Assembly: GCA_030390025.1 (NCBI GenBank)
Contig: CM059431.1
Location: 117,740,001 to 117,804,000, forward strand
DNA length: 64,000 nucleotides
Source: Squalus acanthias
Lineage: Eukaryota
Reading direction: 5' to 3'
Positions 1 through 13,503 of the stretch are shown here, piece after piece. Each line of letters starts with the position of its first letter. The stretch's first letter is position 1. Below the pieces are notes generated by a model. The model had not been told where the DNA came from, did no database searches, and was given only the letters and a program-made list of their open reading frames with translations. The position numbers and the translations under genes are program-made.

Positions 1-1146
1 TTCATTATGCAGCTGAATCAACTAACTTAAGTTATACTGCAGATTCTGATTGCAAGATGTTATGCAGCCTCACTATGTAAATATGCATCTGGGTGTTCCC
101 AGATTTCATTTTAGTGAGGACACAGTCCACTCCGCCTTCTGAAGGAATGTCAATGGCCAACATCTACCTCTTATAACTGACATGTCTCCTCATCTGTCGG
201 TGCAGAACATTCCATTTGCTTGAGGCACTGGTGGAGGATCTGGCAACATGGGATGGTTTTTTGCACTGCATATTGTGTATGTCCCTCCCCTAGGAAATGG
301 ACTTACATGTAAATAGAGTAAAGTTGGAAGAAGACAGTAACTTCCTTGTGGAATCGAGGGAAAAATATAATCGTCAATTTTGTACAGCTCCATTCCCAAA
401 AATTAGTTGCTGGAAACTATGGGGCACTGCAGATAGAACATGCCGACCACTGCGGCCAATTTTCCAGTCCGTATTCATGTTGAAGAACGTTTCAAGCTGG
501 GAACGCATTCTTGGAAAATTTACACTGTAATTTATTAATGGGGACTACGCATGCATTAGAAATGGGGACAGAGTGTTCCAGATGTCACACTGGTAGACGG
601 TAATTTAAGGGAATGAAGTAAAACTGTGGAATATGGAACAGACTTCATGTATATGAGAGACTTTAAAAACTGATATCAGTTTGCTGCCTAATGTACCATT
701 TATTCACTGTTCTATCTAACTACTGTTACTGTGGTGGGAAATTACTTGGAAAGAAAGCATTGTCAGTTTACCAGGCATCGAGGAGGATTCTCCCTCAGGA
801 ATTAACTTAGCTCACTGATGTGTTTTGACCTTTCATCATTGTGGGCAGTCTTCTTTTGTGAAACCCTTTCGATGCTATTAATGGGATTTCTGCAGCCCTG
901 CGGTATTTAATGAATTTCTGAAATGTTATTGACTCTTTTCACAATTTTGGTCTATATATGGGATTGTCTCTCTAAATGGAAAAGCATTGTCATTCTTTCA
1001 AAGAATGTGTTTTTGAATTGATGAACTGTTTTACCAAAATAGACAAATTAGTTCAGAAAAATACAGTCACTTCAAGTCCTACTTTGCAACTTTGCTGCCA
1101 GCAGCTTGTGATATCTCTGCCATTTGCGTTTATCAACATTTATTAC

Positions 1147-2909
1147 ATAGAATCACATAGAATATACAGCACAGAAACAGCCCATTCGGCCCAATCAGTC
1201 CACGCCAGCGTTTATGCTCCATTCAAGCCTTCTTCCTCAACTAACTATCAGAATAACCCTTTATCCCCTTCGCCCCCATATGCTTATTTAGCTTCCCCTT
1301 AAATGCGTCTCTACTATTCGCCTCAACTATACCAGGTGGTAGCGAGTTCCACATTATCACCACTCTCTAGGCAAAGAAGTTTCTTCTGAATCCTATTTTA
1401 TTTCTTGGTGACTATCTTATATTGATGGCCTCTAGTTTTGCTCTTCCCTGTAAGTGGAAACACACTCCTTGGGCTGGATTTTAGCAACCTCGGCAGGTCT
1501 GTGGCGGGCGAAGTCCGTGGATGGTCCCGACCCCGCAGCTGTCTTGAGCCCGGCCTCCGACATGATTTTACGTTGATAGGGCTTGTTAAGCCCGCCCTGC
1601 GAGGTTCCCGGCCAATTAAAAGGAAGCGTGTCTGATTACGTCATCTGACAGCACGTCATCAGCCAGTTTCCTTAAAGGGACCATGCCCACATTCATTTTG
1701 ACAGGTGTGCTGCCAGTGTTCTATAGCACTGAAGTGTTGCAAACACTGACAAGCACTGCACAATGGTGCACAGCTGCACACAGGCTCTCCCATGACTCCC
1801 TCCATATGTTTACAGGGAGGTTCTCTTCCCTTCCAATGGGCGGAAGAGACCTCCCCAGGACACCAATGCAGCCTGGTTGCACATTGCACAGGAGGGTACA
1901 AGCAGGAGGGAGGATCTGGTTGCAGTGGCACAAACCTTTCACAGCATCAAGTGAAGTAAATCTGGCCATGGTAAGGCCATCGCTGGCCTCCCGGGCAGCA
2001 ATGTGGTCAGGTGCCCTGTGTCCTGTGCAGCATCAGGTGATTGCAGAGAAGGTTGGTGCTGTTGTTGGTGCTGCTGGTGCTGGTGATGCTGGTGTGCCTG
2101 GTGATTTTGGTGTTGGGGCTGATCGTGGTTGGATTCTGAGGACCAAGGTGAGATTTTTTCAAGGGCACCGATACTGCTGGAATAGATGGCAGCTGAAGTT
2201 GAGATGACAGAGGCGATCTGTCAATAGTGAGATAGGTTGGTCCAAGGAGGTGACAGTAGATAGAGGGTTTCCTCCAAACACTTCCAAACTGCATAAAGCT
2301 CAAAACTATCTTCCAAATCCTGAAGGCTCTAGCTTCTAAGATTGGAAAGTGAACAGCTGTGAAATGGTAGCTGTTACACCACTTTTGCAGCTGTCACCTA
2401 TTCCCAGCAATGGGGAGTAATTGAAAACCCGACACAATTATCTGACGTGATCTCCAAGCACTGGGAACCTCGTGAAAAACCTAGAAAAATGGTAAGTACC
2501 TGGTAAAAGTCTTTTTAAATACCTTTTACCCAGCTGTTAATGATGTTAATTGGCTCCCTCGCCTCTTGGTGTCAGGTTTGTGAAGCGAAGACAGACCCAG
2601 CCCTTGGGAAACTGACATGGAGGCGGGCTGAAAGCGGACTTCTGCCCCACTATCAATCACTGCCATTTTGACAGCTGACCCACCTCCAAACTCCCACTCA
2701 CACAGCCTGTAAAATCCCAGCCCTTATGCCTACTCTATCGAAACATTTCATAATTTTAAAGACCTCTATTAGGTCACAACTCAGCCTTCTCTTTTCAAGA
2801 GAGTATAGACCCAACCTATTCATCCTTTCCAAATAGTTCTGGTATCATCCTTGTAAATATTTTTTGCACTCTCTCCAGTGCCTCTATATCCATTTTATAA
2901 AATGGCGAC
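1147..2909 (-). mobile_element. CR1-type LINE 3' fragment, split by the element at 1471-2723
   Basis: Starts with the reverse complement of the CR1 tail (catagaatcacatagaa) and shows antisense similarity to the ORF2 C-terminus of other CR1 copies in the window; the sequence resumes after 2723. Confidence 0.75.
1471..2723. mobile_element. Non-autonomous PIF/Harbinger derivative
   Basis: TIRs gggctggattttagc / gtaaaatcccagccc; contains a decayed Myb/SANT exon-1-like segment (~1760-1970) and an antisense Q/H-rich segment also found at 51190-51310. Confidence 0.7.
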
Positions 2910-3950
2910 CAGAACATAGGAACAGGAGTAGGCCATTGAGCCCCTCGAGCCTGTTCTGCCATTCAATGAGATCATGGCTGATCTGCGACCTAACTCCATC
3001 TGTGATATTCCCGCCTTTGCCCCGAATCCATTAATACCTTTGGTTAACAGAAAGCTATCAATCTCCGATTTAAAATTAACAATTGATCTAGCATCAATTG
3101 CCGTTTGTGGAAGAGAGTTCCAAACTTCTACCACCCTTTGTGTGTAGAAGTGTTTCCTAATTTCACTCCTGAAAGGTCTGGCTCTAATTTTTAGACTATG
3201 CCCCCTGGTCCAAGACTCCCCAATCAGTGGAAATAGTTTCTCTCTATCCACCCTATCTGCTCCCCTTAATATCCTTGAAACTTCGATCAGATCACCCCTA
3301 AACCTTCTAAATTCTAGCAATACAACCCTAATTTGTGTAATCTATCCTCGTAACTTAACCCTTGAAATCCGGGTATCATTCTGGTAAACCTACGCTGCAC
3401 TCCCTCCAAGGCCAATATATCCTTCCTAAGGTGTGGTGCCCAGAACTGCTCAGAATACTCCAGGTGTGGTCTAACCAGGGTTTTGTATAGCTGCAGCATA
3501 ACTTCTACCCCCTTGTACTCTAGTCCTCTAGATATAAAGGCCAGCATTCCATTAGCCTTTTTGATTATTTTCTGTACCTGCAAGTTTATGACATTTTAAT
3601 GATCTATGTACCTGGACCCCTAAATCTCTTTGGACATCCACTGTTTTTAGCTATTCACCATTTAGAAAGTACTCTATTCTATCCTTTTTAGGTCCAAAGT
3701 GGATGACCTCACATTTGCTTATATTGAAATTAATTTGCCACAGTTTTGTCCATTCACTTAATCTATCAATATCCCTGCATAATTTTATGCTTTCATCTAC
3801 ACTGCCTACAATGCCAGCTATCTTTGTGTCATCGGCAAATTTGGATATATGACTTTCTATGCCATCATCTAAGTCGTTAATAAATATTGTGAATAGTTGA
3901 GGCCCCAACACAGACTAGCGGGACACCACTAGTCACATCCTGCCAACTCT
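2910..3950 (-). mobile_element. CR1 LINE 3' part (RT C-terminus and 3' UTR), frameshifted
   Basis: ORF pieces LGPQLFTIFINDLD..KFADDTK, LYKTLVRPHLEY and RGDLIEV..RGHSLK..WNSLP. Confidence 0.92.
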
Positions 3951-5820
3951 ACATGGTACTCCAAGTGTGGTCTAACCAAAGTTCGATACAAGTTTAGCAT
4001 AACTTCTCTACTTTTCAATTCTATCCCTCTAGAAATGAACACTTGTGCTTGGTTGGCTTTTTTATGGCCTTTTTAACCTGTATCGCTAATTTTTGTGATT
4101 TGTGTATTTGTAATCCCAGATCCCTTTGCTCCTCAACCCCATTTAGATTCTTATTTTCCACGTAATATATGAACTCCTTAGTTTTCTTACCAAAATATAA
4201 TACATCACACTTATCTATGCTGAAAATCATTTGCTAATTATATGCCCATTCTGCAAGTTTATTAATGTCTTCTTTTAATTTGTTGCAGTCTAGCTCAGTG
4301 TTGAATACCAGCCCCGCACCCTCCCCCCCCCCCCCCCCCACACACACACACGCACAATTTGGTGTCATCTGCAAATTTAGAAATTGAATTTTCAATATCA
4401 AAAATTGTGGACAACAATGATCTCAGCACTGATCCTTGTGGGACCCCACGTCCCACCTTCTGCCACTTTGAATAGCTACCCTTTACCCCTGCTCCCTGCT
4501 TTCTGTCTCGCAGCCAGCTAGTTATTCATTCTGCTACTTGTCCCCTGTCTCCACATGCTCTGACCTGATTCATTTGTCTATTATGTGGTACCTTATCGAA
4601 GGCCTTTTGGAAATATAGATATACTACATCTACTGTGTTAACCTGGTCTACTCTCTCTGTTACCTCTTCAAAGAATTCAATGAGGTTGGTCAAGTAATAC
4701 TTTCCCTTTTGAAATCCATGCTGACTATTCGTTATTATATTTCTGGTTTCTGGATGTTTTTCTATTTTCTCCTTTAGTAGGGATTCCATTGTTTTTCCTA
4801 CCGCCGATGTTAAGCTGACTGGTCTATAATTCCCTGGACATGTTCTAGCTTCCTTCTTAAATATAGGTATAATGTTAGCTATCCGCCAGTCTTCTGGCAC
4901 TACACATTTATCTAACGAATTATTAAATATGTGTAATAGTGCCTCTGCTATCTCATCCCTAGATTATTTTAAAATGCGTGGATGTAATCTGTCTGGACCA
5001 GGGATTTTATCCTCTTTGAGTTTATTTAATAATTTGCCACTTTTTATTTTAAATACAGTTATTTCATTTCTAAGCTCATCTTCCGATAACAGGCCTTCAA
5101 TCTCACCCATTGAACAAGGCCTTATCTACCCGTCAAATCTACTCAGTTCATTGTCTGGTTTTGGCAGGCCTGTTGCCAGTCACAGCTCTGTAATTGTCAA
5201 ATGGCCTTTGGGATGATTTGCATCCTGTTGATCTCCTTGGTTGATCGCTGGTGATTGATTTTGTGTTTTGGGTTTCTAGGCTGGACTCAGTCTTTTCTAT
5301 AGAATGGTCCTGAGTGATTTGTATTATGCATGTTTTCTGATGGGCCCTGTAATCGGTTTTGATAGGGCCTGTTATTTTGGGTGGGACTGTCTTCCCCTGG
5401 GTCTATTGTTCAAATGTTAATGTCTGCTGGGGCTTGATTGAGGTCATCCCGGTTCCCCAGACAGTGCAATTAACTGCAATAACCAAAACTCATTTTACAT
5501 AGGTCAACCCCACCTCCTTGTCCCTTTACAGGCCCAGACATGTTTTTAAAATGCCAAAACTTGTTTTTTGGTCTTAAATTCCTTAGGTTAGGCCCAAATG
5601 CAATTTTTCACTCTGAGGTAGTTCCAAAGTCCCTTTTCCTTAGGTTGGGGATCTGCAAATTTTGGAAACCTTACAATTCTATGTTTTTTACTCACTTCCC
5701 TAGATTGTTTGCATATTTCTTCCCCCACCTCCCTTCCACTATTAGGTGGTCTGTAGACTAGCTGATTAGTGTGATTGATCCTTTATTATCTTTTATCTCT
5801 ACCCCAGTAATGCCAACCCC
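3951..5820 (-). mobile_element. Older CR1 LINE fragment (endonuclease remnant through RT)
   Basis: PEDWRIANIIPIFKK..NYRPVSLTS..SQHGF..KAFDKVPH at 4526-4900; an antisense VYRPPNSG endonuclease remnant near 5700-5800. Confidence 0.8.
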
Positions 5821-6217
5821 ATCATTTCATAAATCAAGAGAGAACATTTTAAAAATCAAAAGGTTTGGTATAAAAATCATGAACAAGCAGAGTGGAAGAA
5901 TTTGGTGATCGCAGGAGAGGAGGAAGGAGGTTGAGATGTCTAACTGAAAAGGAGGAGTGGAGCGACAGAACCCAAGGACTCTAAATTAATAGGCCCAATA
6001 GCAGACCTGTGGGAGAGTGAGAGGAGCGACCAGAGATAAAGGTAGGCCCAAGAGCCCAGAGCCTGGAGGGAGCACGAGCGTCAGGGAGCATGGTAAAAAA
6101 AACTACATTGACGTCAGCACAAGGGAAGGAGCTGATTGGTGAGTAGCTGGTGATTGTTTTTTGTAAAGTCTTGAGTTTATTTCTGTTAAGTTAGTTAATA
6201 GTCTATTAAATAGAAGC

Positions 6218-7112
6218 ATGGCAGGGCACCTCAGTCCCGTGGAATGCACATCTTGTGGCATGTGGGAAATCCAGGGCGCTTCCCGTGTCCTGGACAACCA
6301 CATGTGCAGGAAGTGTTGTCAGCTGGAGGAGCTTGATCTTCAGGTTTCGGGAGGTGGTCAGCCCACAGCTTAAGTGTGTGCAGGCAGAGAGGGAATGGGT
6401 GACCTCCAGACAGACAAGGAGGACCAGACAGGTAGTGCAGGAGTCCCTGAGTGAATCTCACTCTCTAACTGGTATTCAGTTCTAAATACTGGTGAGGGCT
6501 ATGGTTCCTCTGGGGAGTACAGCCGGAGCCAAGTCCATGGCACCATGGGTGGTTCAGTTGTATGGGGGGGAGGAGGAAGATTGGAAAAGCAATTGTGATC
6601 GGGGATTCAATAGTTAGGGGAATACACAGGCGTTTCTGCGGCTGCAGACATGAATCCAGGATGGTATGTTACCTCCTTGGTGACAGGGTCAAGGATGTCA
6701 CTGAGTGGCTGCAGGACATTCTGAGTGGGGAGGGTGAACAGCCAGAGGTTGTGGTCTTTATCAATATCAACAACATAGGTAGAAAGAGAGATGAGGTCCT
6801 GCAAGCTGATTTTAGGGAGCTAGGAAAGAGATTAATAAGCAGGATCTCAAAAGTAGTAATGTACGGATTGCTCCTGGTGCCACGAGCTGGTGAGTATAGA
6901 AATAGGAGGCTAGAGCAGGTGAATTTGTGACTGGAGAGATGGTGCAGGAGGGAGGGCTTTAGATTCCTGGGACATTGGGACCGGTTCTGGGGGAGGTGGG
7001 ACCTGTACAGGCCGGACAGATTGCACCTCAACAGAGCTGGGACCAATATCCTCACAGTGGGGGGAGGTTTGCTGGTGCCGTTGGGGAGGGTTTAAACGAA
7101 TTTGGCAGGGGG
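6218..7112 (+). pseudogene. CR1 ORF1: N-terminal zinc finger and SGNH/GDSL esterase-like domain, disrupted
   Basis: ATG at 6218, ECTSCGMW..HMCRKC; AIVIGDSIVRG; later RFLGHWDRFWGRWDLYRPDRLHLNRAG. Confidence 0.85.
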
Positions 7113-7843
7113 TAGCACTTTCTCTTACTACTGTTCGTACCTCGAGAATGACGAATTAGCTTAACAATGACAGACAAGGATGTGATCAATAAAATTGGTC
7201 TTTTAATCAGACTATAGTTCAAAATTCAAGTGTACATAGAAGCACCTTTGGCAATAAATTCAAAGAACTCCCAGCAATATATATGCCTGCAACTTGTTAA
7301 TTCAAAGTATATAAAAGTGCCCCTTTAATGATTCAAATGTACATAAAAGTACCCCCTTTAACAATATCTAAGCCCATGTCCAACTTTCATACATATTCCT
7401 TCATTTCTGGGTGATCGGTCAAAGGAAACTTTAAGTCGAAACATAAACTGGCCAGCTTTCTCATTTCAATCTTCCTCCTGCTTTGTCTTCTGTGTTCTTC
7501 TTCTTATCTCTGAAAACTCCCGCCACTGGGTTATAAAGCCTCATTGATCGTAAATTACTCTCTGCCTCCCTTGGATAGGTCTGTTCCACTCCAAACCTTC
7601 CCTAATTGGAGTTCCTTCCACATGACACATTCCTGTTCCTGTGAGATGTGTGTTCTCCCCTTCTTGTCCAGGTGGCCTCTCAAACAAAGAAGACATACTG
7701 ACCACCATTGTGTGTCTTCACAAACAAAGACCACCTGCTGATTTCTTATATTTTAAATCCGTCCGTTATCATCTTACAATTTGTTCGCAATTTCGATCTG
7801 CACACGGTAGCAGCGGTTTTATTATACTTTTCAGAATCTTACA
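7113..7843 (-). mobile_element. Probable solo LTR of an unrelated family inserted in the CR1
   Basis: Flanked by AGGGGG on both sides (7107-7112, 7844-7849); minus strand reads TGTAAG (7843) to GAACA (7132), with a TATAA-like box near 7535 and ATTAAA near 7203. Confidence 0.5.
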
Positions 7844-10297
7844 AGGGGGATGGGCACCAGGATGTAGCATTAGAAAGCAGAAACAAGGTGTACAAAGGAT
7901 TGGGATAGGCAGATAGCACTAAGAGTAAGAAATAGCATGGTATTAGGTGGGGTCAGATAAGCGAGAATACAAGAAGGTCTAAGATAGATTTGCAGTGCAT
8001 GTGTGTAAACACACCAAGTGTAGTAAATAAGGTTGGTGAGCTGCAGGCACAAATAACCACATGGGAATAATGGAGATCTGACTCAAAAAAGGGCAGGATT
8101 GGGTACTAAATATTCCTGGATATAAGGTGTTCAGGAAATATAGGGAAGGAAAGAAAGGAGGTGGGGTGGCAGTATTGATTAAGAAGAATATTACAGTGCT
8201 GGAGAGAGAGGATGTCCTGGAGGGGTCAAGGACAGAATCTATTTGGTTAGCGTTAAGAAACAATAGAGGTGCCATTACACGACTAGGTTTATTCTATAGG
8301 CCACCAACTAGTGGGAAGGATATAGAGGAGCAAATTTGGAGGAAAATTACAGAGGTGCAAGAACTATAGTGCAGTGATAATGGGGGACTTCAATTATCCT
8401 AATATAGACTGGGATAGTAATAGTGTAAAGGGTAGAGAGGGGGAAGAATTTCTTAAGTGTGTTCAGGAGAACTTTCTTGATTAGTACATTTCCGGCCCAA
8501 TGAGGAAGGAGGCATTGCTGGATCTGGTTCTGGGGAATGATGTGGGTCAAGTGGAGAAAGTGTCAGTAGGGGAACATTTAGGGAACAGTGATCATAGCAT
8601 CATAAGGTTTAGATTAGCTATAGAAAAGAACAAGGAGCAATCTAGAGTAAAAATACTTAATTGGATGAGGGTTAATTTCAGTGGGTTAAGAACATATTTG
8701 GCCTGGGTAAATTGGAATCAAAGATTGGCAGGCAAAACTGTAATCGAACAATGGGCTGCCTTTAAAGAGGAGATGGTTCGGACACAGTCGAGGTACATTC
8801 TCACGAGGGGAAAAGGTAGGGCAACCAAAGCCAGAGCTCCCTGGATGACGAAAAAGATAGAGATTAAGATGAAGCAGAAAAAGGGGACATATGACAGATG
8901 TCAGGTTGAGAAGACAAGTGAGAACCAGGCTGAATATAGAAAGTTCAGAGGGGAAGTGAAAAAGAAAATAAGAGGGGCAAAGAGAGCGTATGAGAATAGA
9001 CTGGCAGCTAATATAAATGGGAATCCAAAAGTTTTCTAAAGGCATATAAATAGTAAACTGGTAGTAAAAGGAGGGGTGGGGCGAATTAGGGACCAAAAAG
9101 GAGAACTACGTATGGAGGCAGAGGGCATGGCTGAGGTACAAAATGAGTACTTTGCATCTGTCTTTACCAAGGAAGAAGATGCTGCCAAAGTCATAGTGAA
9201 AGAGGAGGTAGTTGAGATACTGGATGGGATAAAAATTGATAAAGAGGAGGTTCTAGAAAGGCTGGCTGTACTTAAATTAGATAAGTCACCAGGACCGGAT
9301 GGGATGCATCCTAGATTGCTGAGGGAAGTAAAGGTGAAATTTAAGGAGCTACTGGCCATAATCTTCCAATCCAGATATGGGGGGTGGTGCCAGAGTACTG
9401 GAGAATTGCAAATGTTACACCCTTGTTTAAAAAAAGGTGTAAGGATAAATCCAGCAACTACAGGCCAGTCAGTTTAACCTCGGTGGTGGGAAGCTTTTAG
9501 GAATGATAATCTGGGACAAAATTAACAGTCACTTGGACAAGTGTGGATTAATTAAGGAAAGCCAGCACGGATTTGTTAAAGGCAAATCGTGTTTAACTAA
9601 CTTGATTGAGTATGAGGTAACAAAGAGGGTTGATAAGGGCAATGCGGTTGATGTGGTGTACATGGACTTCCAAAAGGTGTTTGATAAAGTGCTACTGAAT
9701 AGGCTTGCCAGCAAAGTTGAAGCTCATGGAATTAAAGGGACATTGGCAGCATGGATACAAAATTGGCTAAGTGGCAGAAAACTGAGAGTAGTGGTGATAG
9801 GTTGTTTTTCAGACTGGAGGAAGATATACAGTGGTGTTCCCCAGGGGTTGGTACTAGGACCACTGCTTTTCTTTATATATATTAATGACTTGGACTTGGG
9901 CGCACAATTTCAAAATTTGCCGATGACACAAAACTTGGAAGTATAGTGAGCAGTGAGGAGGAGAGTGATAGACTTCAAGAAGACATAGACAGGCTGGTGG
10001 AATGGGCGGACACATGGTCGATGAAATTCAATGCAGAAAAGTGTGAAGTGATACATTTTGGTAGGAAGAATGAGGAGAGGCAATATAAACTAAAGGGTAC
10101 AATTCTAAAGGGGGTGCAGGAACAGAGAGACCTGGGGGTATATGTGCACAAATCATTGAAGATGGCAGGGCAGGTTGAGAAAGCGGTTAAAAAAGCTTAT
10201 GGGATCCTGGGCTTAATAAATAGCGGCACAGAGTGCAAAAGCAAGGAAGTTATGATGAACCTTTATAAAACACTGGTTCGGCCTCAGCTGGAATAAA

Positions 10298-13200
10298 GGG
10301 CTCGATTTTAATAGCCTTGAGGAGGCAGCTTTGGAGGTGGGTCTGTTGGGAAAATCGGGAAAAAACCTGCCTCCATCCCGCCCCCACCCGATTTTCGTGA
10401 GTGTCTGTTTAGCCACTCCCAAACTGACCCATCTGCAACTGGTGGGACAAGTAGTTAAAGCAGTTAACAGCCTGTTAACTGCCTTGCTAATCCTATTTTC
10501 ATAGTCGTTTCCCATTTTCCTGCTTCTGGCTCCTGTTCACCGACTTTTCAGAAACAGGCCAGGTTCAAGGAGACGAGTTGCTAGAGGACATGATTTGTAT
10601 GCATTGGTGGAGCGATTTAAAAGCACCCCTGAAACATGGCTGACATTCAAATGCAACACCTTTGCTGTTGTAGGTATGGGATAGCATTTTGCACATCTAC
10701 TGACCTTGTGATTGTTCAAGCTGACACCCATCTGCAGTGTGACATGAATGGAATCATTTCAGGCCACTTTGACTGTGCGCTTGCAAGCTTGTTGCCTCAA
10801 ATGAAATCTATAGCAAGGGGATGGGAAACATTTATGCCCTCTCATCCTGGTCCTCATAATCGGAGGAGCAGCAGCAGCGTGGCTCAGCACAGATCTTCTT
10901 GGGAAGAGGAGGAGGACGAGGGGCGCCTTGCATGCCCTGTTGTGACCAATGCAGCTTCCCTCCAGTTAACTGCTGCCCATCAAGCAGGCTATGCACACTG
11001 CCATGCCACACTACCATAAGCTTACTCTTCAACCAAAGGTAGCCACCATATGGCTCTGTAATTGCAGGCGACACTTTTCCAACATCATACTTCCTCTCTG
11101 CTATACCCTGTTATTTCCTATCACTTTTACCATCAGCATTCCAAATGCAAGTTGCCCTGAGCCCTCAATGCGCTTTTGCCATTTCCCATAACACATAGGC
11201 CACACAATCAACTGTTTGACATAATTTATCTTTAACACATGACAAAAAGATAACATACCAGCAAGAGTCAGAAAAAAAGAAACATCACCCAAGTGACTCC
11301 CCTTGTGACTATAGGTGCTTAATCTTTCTCTTACACGTGCTTCTACGTGGTACTTCCCCTGTGGCTTCAGCAGATGTAGAGGCACCTTGCTGACTAGGAT
11401 GCTACGCCTACTTAGACGCTTTTGGCAGGCATCCTCTGGGTTTGGGAGCCTGGGAGGGCTCTTCAACAGTCTGCTCTTCCTGCGGCTGTGCAGGGGCTGA
11501 AACGGCCATCTCAGTTGTCTCTGCAAAGTGGGTCTCTGACCGAGGGCTCCGCAGTGGCATGGTCGTGTGAGCGCTTTGAGAGGAGCCCACACTTCCTTCT
11601 GTCCTGCCAACAACAACACTCTCATGGGTCAGCTGCACCTCATTGCTGGCAAGTGGCAAGAGAGCACCTTGCTGCACTTCAGGGGGACTATGAGGACCCA
11701 TATCTGCACTGGCAGTCCTCCTCAAAAGGACGCCCATGAAGCTCTGGTCTCTCTGCTCAATAGCTGCCCATTGCTCTTCCAGAGATGACAATCTATTTTG
11801 AACATTCACCATGTTTTCCTGACTCTGGCTACTTACTTCCTCCATGGCCATAGCCATCCTTTCCACTGAGGTAGCCATCCTTTCCATGGAGGTTGTCATC
11901 CTATCCATGGTGGTGCATTCATGCACCATTGCCTCCACCACGGCAGTGCTGATGTTAGAGATGGACTCCTCCATTCTCTCCACACTCACACTAACCCTGG
12001 AGGCAAACCCTTCCAGAGACCCTGCACTTGTTCCTGTATTTCATGAACCACTCTTTTTTAAGATGGCCCCAGAGGCACAGTGTCTGCATGCAGCTCAGCA
12101 GAGCTAGGAGAGTCCTGCGACCTCCGCCGAGGACTCTCCACTGCTGTCACTGTCTACACCATCTGCTGATGCTCACTTGTGCGCTGTGATAGACCAGGTG
12201 GCAACACTACTCTAACTCACGATGGCCCACCGAGGTGTGCGTTGCTGCACTGATGCTGGGTGCGCTGAGTCCTGGTGACGCTGGTCACTCAGATGTTTCA
12301 GGTTCCTCTGAGGAGATGTCCGGGTCTTCGTCCTGAATCATGGGGAGGGGGGGCGCTCGATGGTCCTGTGGGAGAGTAAAGGCTTGAATTAGACAGCTGT
12401 TATTGATATAGCAGACACATCCTTTTGAGCAGATGATACAAAGCGATTCTCTATGAACATCATATTCCATTGCTTTCTGAGAGGGATGAAACTCTATTAA
12501 GTCACCAGCTTCCTCTAGTGTGCCCGTCTCTCCATCGCCCACTTCCAGGTCCTCGTCACCTCCAACAATCTTGTTTGCTGCTTCCTCAGCACTGGTCAAT
12601 GTTGCAAGGGTAGGTGTTCCTCCTCCAGTCATTGCTCTCTCCCTCTTATTGAGTGCTATCTTTCCCTGCAAGGAGGGACACAAGCGGTGTATCAGCTACA
12701 GTGATAGAGTGAGTGTGATTAATCCCTACCGTAGAAGCTTTGAGTGAGATGAAGATGGGGTAAGGTGCCAAGAGGAAGGTAGCTCCCTGTGCGTTGTTAG
12801 TTACCACTGCATGACAGTGAGAGCGAGTCTAAGGGGTGCATAGGCAGGATGCTGAAGTGATTCAGTGCAGAGACAGAGATGGATAGGAAAGGGTGCAAAT
12901 GAAGTAAGAGTAAGGTGGGATGTGAAGGAGAAGGCTTCCAAAGCAGAGTGCAGGTGATGAGAAGAGAACAGAAGCAGAGTGAAGACAAAGTGAGATGGGA
13001 TACTCACTTTGGATGTTCTCACAAGATCATTAAACATTTATCGGCACTGGATCCATGACCGTGTATAAATGGACCTTGCGCTGACCTCCTGAGCAATGCG
13101 CAGCCAGGCTGCCTTGGTCTGCTGAGGAGGCTTCCTCCAGCCATCAGGAGGGAAGAGAATCTCCCTGTGCCATCTGACAGCATCAACAAGAACTTGGAGG

Positions 13201-13503
13201 GACTCATCATTAAGCCAAGGAGCTGCCTTGCCTCTGGAAGAAGTCATAGCTTTGAAAACAAGTGCTGGGAACCACAATGGAAAGGCTCAGGCTGGAAGGC
13301 AGCTTTAAAAGCAGCTGCTATTGTGACAGTCATCAGAGGCGGCCAGCCGACCCGATCCCACTCATTGAACCGGCCAGCACGCCTCCATGAAATTAACAAG
13401 GTACTTTAATAAAACTCGCAACTCTGCAGCTGTTCCCGCCAGAAGCGGCTCCCGAACCCACCCACCACGCAACCCGACTCCAACCCGCCTCGGGAATTAT
13501 CTC
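10298..13503. mobile_element. PIF/Harbinger transposon with internally deleted transposase
   Basis: Left TIR gggctcgatttt at the CR1 break; transposase C-terminal remnant on + (~10700-10960) converging on a Myb/SANT gene on -; right TIR not clearly preserved. Confidence 0.8.
11408..13247 (-). pseudogene. Harbinger Myb/SANT-like DNA-binding protein gene, multi-exon
   Basis: Exon 1 MTSSRGKAAPWLNDESLQVLVDAV..AWLRIA..RSWIQCR*MFNDL followed by GTGAGT; exon 2 KIALNKRERAMTGGG; C-terminal heptad repeat SMERMATSVERMA. Confidence 0.82.

Noticed and set aside
297..530. WGTADRTCRPLRP resembling a DDE transposase GxIDGT motif or a host exon
   Set aside because: Too degenerate; no supporting motifs or splice structure
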